Positions 60,700 through 64,000 of a stretch of 64,000 nucleotides of DNA are shown in pieces. Within the stretch, counting starts at the first letter, position 1, and the number at the start of each line of letters is the position of its first letter. A program made the translations under genes and the position numbers. The DNA lies in contig CAWCKH010000001.1 in the NCBI GenBank assembly GCA_963796055.1, forward strand, positions 192,001 through 256,000, written 5' to 3'. This DNA is from an uncultured delta proteobacterium. GTDB lineage: Bacteria; Myxococcota; Myxococcia; Myxococcales; Myxococcaceae. The notes beneath the pieces were generated by a model that was not told the origin of the DNA, did no database searches, and was given only the letters and a program-made list of their open reading frames with translations.

Positions 60700-62063
60700 C
60701 AGGCCGCCTCCGTCCGGGGCCGACGCGGCGGGACGGGCGGAGTGTCGACGATGCCCGCCTCGACTCCCAGCAGCGCGCTGGGCGAGCCGTGGCTGATCCG
60801 CACCCGGGTCCTGGCGCCGGCCGGGGCGGTCCCGTCGAAGTTCACGGTGCGGTTCTCGGGGGTGCGGCCGAACCGGCGCGACGGGTCCGACCTGCTCGGG
60901 CCCTCGACCAGCACCTCGACCTCGTGGCCCACCAGCGCGGCGCCAATCTCCCCGCTGATGCGGCGCTGCAGGGACTGGAGCCGCTCCAGCCGCTCGACCT
61001 TCACCTCGTGCGGCACCGGCCCCCACTCCGCCTCCTTCAGCGCGGCCACGGTGCGGGGCCGGGCGGAGAAGACGAAGGAGAACTGGTTCTCGTAGCGGAC
61101 CTGCTCGGTGAGCGCGAGCGTCTGCTGGAAGTCCTCCTCGGTCTCGCCGGGGAAGCCGACGATGATGTCGGTGGTGACCGCGATGCCCGGCCGCGCGGCG
61201 CGGAGCGCGGCCAGCCTCTGCAGATATGCGGCGACGGTGTAGTCCCGCTTCATCCGCCGCAGCACCTGGTCGCTCCCGCTCTGGACGGGCAGGTGGAAGT
61301 GGGGCGCGATGCGCGGCTCGCGACGGAAGGCGTCGATCAGCGCGTCGGAGAGGTCGTGCGGGTGGCTGGTGGTGAAGCGCACCCGCTCGATGCCCGGGAC
61401 CTGCGCCACGCGGAGCAGCAGCTCGGCGAAGCAGCTGCCGCCCCGGTAGGAGTTGACGTTCTGCCCGATGAGCGTCACCTCGCGGACGCCCACCCCGGTC
61501 AGCGACGCGACCTCCTCCAGCACCTCGCCGAAGGGCCGGCTCACCTCGCGGCCCCGGGTGTGGGGGACGACGCAGAAGCTGCAGACGTTGTCGCAGCCCT
61601 TCATGACGGTGACGAACTCGCTGACCTTCCCCGCCGAGCTGTCGGGGTCGGCGCGGGGGAAGACGTACTCCTCGGAGTCCACCCAGGCGGTCTCGGAGAC
61701 GCGGACCCGATCCTCGACCACCCGGGTGACGAGCTCAGGCAGCTTGCCGATGGCGTCGGGCCCGAAGACGAAGTCCAGGTACGGGACGCGGGCAAGGAGC
61801 TTGCCCTTTTCCTGCTGGGCGACGCACCCGGCGACGGCCAGGAGCGCCCCGCGCTGGGTCTTGATCGCCCGGTAGCGGCCGAGGGCCGAGAGCATCTTGT
61901 CCTCGGCCTTCTCCCGGATGGCGCAGGTGTTGAGGATGATCAGGTCCGCCTTCTCAGCGGTGGCGGTAGGCCGGTAGCCGATGGTGGCCAGCACCTCGCC
62001 CATGCGGAGCGAGTCGTTGACGTTCATCTGGCAGCCGAAGGTGTGGACGAAGTAGCGCTTCAC
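60699..62063 (-). CDS. miaB: tRNA-i6A37 methylthiotransferase MiaB
   Basis: TFGCQMN, NTCAIRE, GCDNVCSFC, RFTTSHP, TRAM domain. Confidence 0.95.
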   Translation of the reverse strand: MKRYFVHTFGCQMNVNDSLRMGEVLATIGYRPTATAEKADLIILNTCAIREKAEDKMLSALGRYRAIKTQRGALLAVAGCVAQQEKGKLLARVPYLDFVFGPDAIGKLPELVTRVVEDRVRVSETAWVDSEEYVFPRADPDSSAGKVSEFVTVMKGCDNVCSFCVVPHTRGREVSRPFGEVLEEVASLTGVGVREVTLIGQNVNSYRGGSCFAELLLRVAQVPGIERVRFTTSHPHDLSDALIDAFRREPRIAPHFHLPVQSGSDQVLRRMKRDYTVAAYLQRLAALRAARPGIAVTTDIIVGFPGETEEDFQQTLALTEQVRYENQFSFVFSARPRTVAALKEAEWGPVPHEVKVERLERLQSLQRRISGEIGAALVGHEVEVLVEGPSRSDPSRRFGRTPENRTVNFDGTAPAGARTRVRISHGSPSALLGVEAGIVDTPPVPPRRPRTEAA

Positions 62064-62074
62064 GGCGGGCCCGG

Positions 62075-62103
62075 GAGATACCCGGGAGTCCCCCAGACAT
62101 CAA
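62075..62103 (-). promoter_or_regulatory. sigma70-like promoter for miaB
   Basis: Minus strand TTGATG-N17-TATCTC, 11 nt before the GTG. Confidence 0.4.
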
Positions 62104-62155
62104 TGCCCGGAGCCGGAGACGTCGGATTGCCGTCTGGCAGGCCCGAGGCCGGCGG

Positions 62156-64000
62156 TCAGCCTGGAGGTGGCCTGAGCACCTGGAGAAGCAAGTCCTGGCC
62201 GCCGCGGCTCCCCGCCACGTTCCCGGTCGTCGTCCCGCCCAGCAGCAGGTCCCCGGCGGTCCCCCAGCTGGCTGCTCCGGTGAAGAGCTCGTCACCGCTG
62301 GTCCGGATGGTGCTACTGCCGCCGGCCACGCCGGCCGTGTCGAACTGGATCACGAATGCGTCCTTGCCCTTCGCCGGCTGCCCCACCACCTGGGTCTGCT
62401 GATGGCCAGCGAGGTACAGCCATTTCCCCGCGCTGGTCAGCGCGGTGACGGTGGCGAGATCGGCGCTGCCGCCGACGGTCGTCGTCCAGGATCGGATGCC
62501 GATAAAGGGATCGAGGCGGGCGAGCGCCGGGCGAGCGTTCCTCGACGGCAGATCGAGGTTCACCCCGCCGGCGTGGAGCCCCCAGTCCGGACCGAAGGCG
62601 AGCGCGGTCACCGCGCCGAAGAACGGTGCCGGCACCCCGCGGTTCGCATCGGGGATCGTCCACCGCCGTGTCCCCGAGTGGAAGTACTGGCGCACGAAGG
62701 CTCCCGTTCCGTCCCGACCCGACGTGCCCCCGACGTACACCTCGCCCCACGGATCGCTCACGATGGCGTTGGCCACGATCGGCCAGGGGAGCCCGGCCAT
62801 CCAGTTCTCTCCCTGGAGGGCTCCCGTCGGACTGAACCTGAGCAGAGTGCTCGATCCCCACGAGGGCGTCCGATAAACGACCCAGATCGATCCAAAGGCG
62901 TCGATGGTCGCTCCGGCGACCTCGTCCGCAGCAGGAGTTCCGAACTGACGGGTCCAGGCGCGGTTGCCGTCCGGGTCGAGCCGGACGAGGAATCCATCCT
63001 GGCCGCCAAGGGACCTGCTCCCCAGCACGCCGGTGGTGGTTCCCGCGACGTAGACCACCCCCCGGTCCTTGTGACTGGGCAGCACAGCGCGCGGGACGTC
63101 GTTCCCGGCGCTCCCGAACTGGGTCCACGGGCTTGGGACGGCATTCGCGTCGAGCTTCCACAGCGCCACGTCCTGGCCGCCGGCGCTGCCTCGGGCCACG
63201 GTGCCGGTCGTCGCTCCGGCCAGGTAGGCAGAACCGTCGTCGGCGACCCCAACCTGGGCCGAGTCCTCCGTCGCAGAGGTCCCGATCTGCCGGGTGGCGA
63301 GTGGTGCGAACGGCAGTGGCGCCGCATCGCTCGCACCACCGATGCAGCGGGCCAGGTCTTCGCGTCGATCGGCGAGGGCTGCCGCCAGGACCGTGGGGTC
63401 GTCACTCCGGGTGCTCGGGTTCCAGGTCGTCGCCGCGTACAGGCTGCCCGTCTCGTTGGCCGGGCCGGCCCCGGCCTCGGGGTGCATCGGGAACAGCGCG
63501 CGCGCGATGCTCATCGCGGGACCGCCGAGCCGCTCGCAAGACCTGAGGTACTCGTAGTCTTCCAGTCCGTCCCGGAAAATCTTCACCCGGGTGCTGGCGA
63601 GCGGGATGTGGGTGGTCCCGCCGATTCCCTGGCTCGAGCCGCCGGAGACCGGGGTCGGCGTGCCCGGGTACAGGAGATTTCCGTCGCCGTTCCCGGTGGT
63701 GAACACGGTGCCGTCCACATCCCAGGCCGTGTACAGCTGGTACACCGAGCCCCAGTAGTGCAGGCCGCTGAGGCGGTAGATGTAGTGCATCCACGGCTGG
63801 CCCCGGTTCTGGACCGCCGTCGAGTCCACGTTGATCAGAGGGTAGCCGTAGATCATCGGGTCGCTGTTCGTGTCACAGCCGTGGATCCCGCAGCTCTGGT
63901 AGGCCCAGACCTCATTGCGCGGGTTGACCGCCAGGAACGGGTCGAAGATCGGCCGCTGGTTCCCGTGCATCCAGGGCTTGCGGTCGTCGAAATCCTCGAT
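62156..64000 (-). CDS. partial CDS: DUF4091-like glycoside hydrolase C-terminal region plus SBBP-like beta-propeller repeats
   Basis: G.HYW, NGDG.LLYPG, R....RDGLEDYEYL, then AG.T.G/GGQD.FL..D..G...W..QFG repeats; continues beyond the window. Confidence 0.75.
   Translation of the reverse strand: MEDFDDRKPWMHGNQRPIFDPFLAVNPRNEVWAYQSCGIHGCDTNSDPMIYGYPLINVDSTAVQNRGQPWMHYIYRLSGLHYWGSVYQLYTAWDVDGTVFTTGNGDGNLLYPGTPTPVSGGSSQGIGGTTHIPLASTRVKIFRDGLEDYEYLRSCERLGGPAMSIARALFPMHPEAGAGPANETGSLYAATTWNPSTRSDDPTVLAAALADRREDLARCIGGASDAAPLPFAPLATRQIGTSATEDSAQVGVADDGSAYLAGATTGTVARGSAGGQDVALWKLDANAVPSPWTQFGSAGNDVPRAVLPSHKDRGVVYVAGTTTGVLGSRSLGGQDGFLVRLDPDGNRAWTRQFGTPAADEVAGATIDAFGSIWVVYRTPSWGSSTLLRFSPTGALQGENWMAGLPWPIVANAIVSDPWGEVYVGGTSGRDGTGAFVRQYFHSGTRRWTIPDANRGVPAPFFGAVTALAFGPDWGLHAGGVNLDLPSRNARPALARLDPFIGIRSWTTTVGGSADLATVTALTSAGKWLYLAGHQQTQVVGQPAKGKDAFVIQFDTAGVAGGSSTIRTSGDELFTGAASWGTAGDLLLGGTTTGNVAGSRGGQDLLLQVLRPPPG

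Overview
GC-rich chromosomal segment, most likely from a myxobacterium (Myxococcota). This is inferred from an AgmX/PglI-type TonB-C domain, a MYXO-CTERM-like tail and recurrent PDAG linkers. About 63 CDS are supported. The left part is core genome: acyl-CoA catabolism (hbd, crt, three acyl-CoA dehydrogenases, a liuC/liuB-like pair, meaB), rnc, two tandem cyclophilins, era, der, yfgM-like, bamB-like, NUDIX and a YprB-like nuclease. The middle (~20.7-55.8 kb) is a patchwork of small modules: a SCO-cytochrome c-YHS fusion, three GT4s, a D-lactate dehydrogenase/ppdK divergon, transporters, a membrane LuxR/DUF2231 divergon, Rrf2-NnrS, an orphan ClpP, and a circularly permuted ATP-grasp coupled to a Tat-exported M20 protein. 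The right part is core again (guaA, guaB, dedA, miaB). I saw no tRNA, rRNA, CRISPR array, integrase or transposase. Best leads: (1) the ATP-grasp ligase plus M20 homolog with altered metal ligands; (2) a ~300-nt hairpin-rich region between convergent genes with partial SRP-like words; (3) self-contained regulator modules with visible palindromic operators (membrane LuxR, Rrf2). Three apparent 1-nt indels (guaA, K+ channel 5' end, DUF3500 5' end) suggest assembly errors, so single-residue observations need read-level confirmation. All family calls are by-eye motif recognition; no searches were run.
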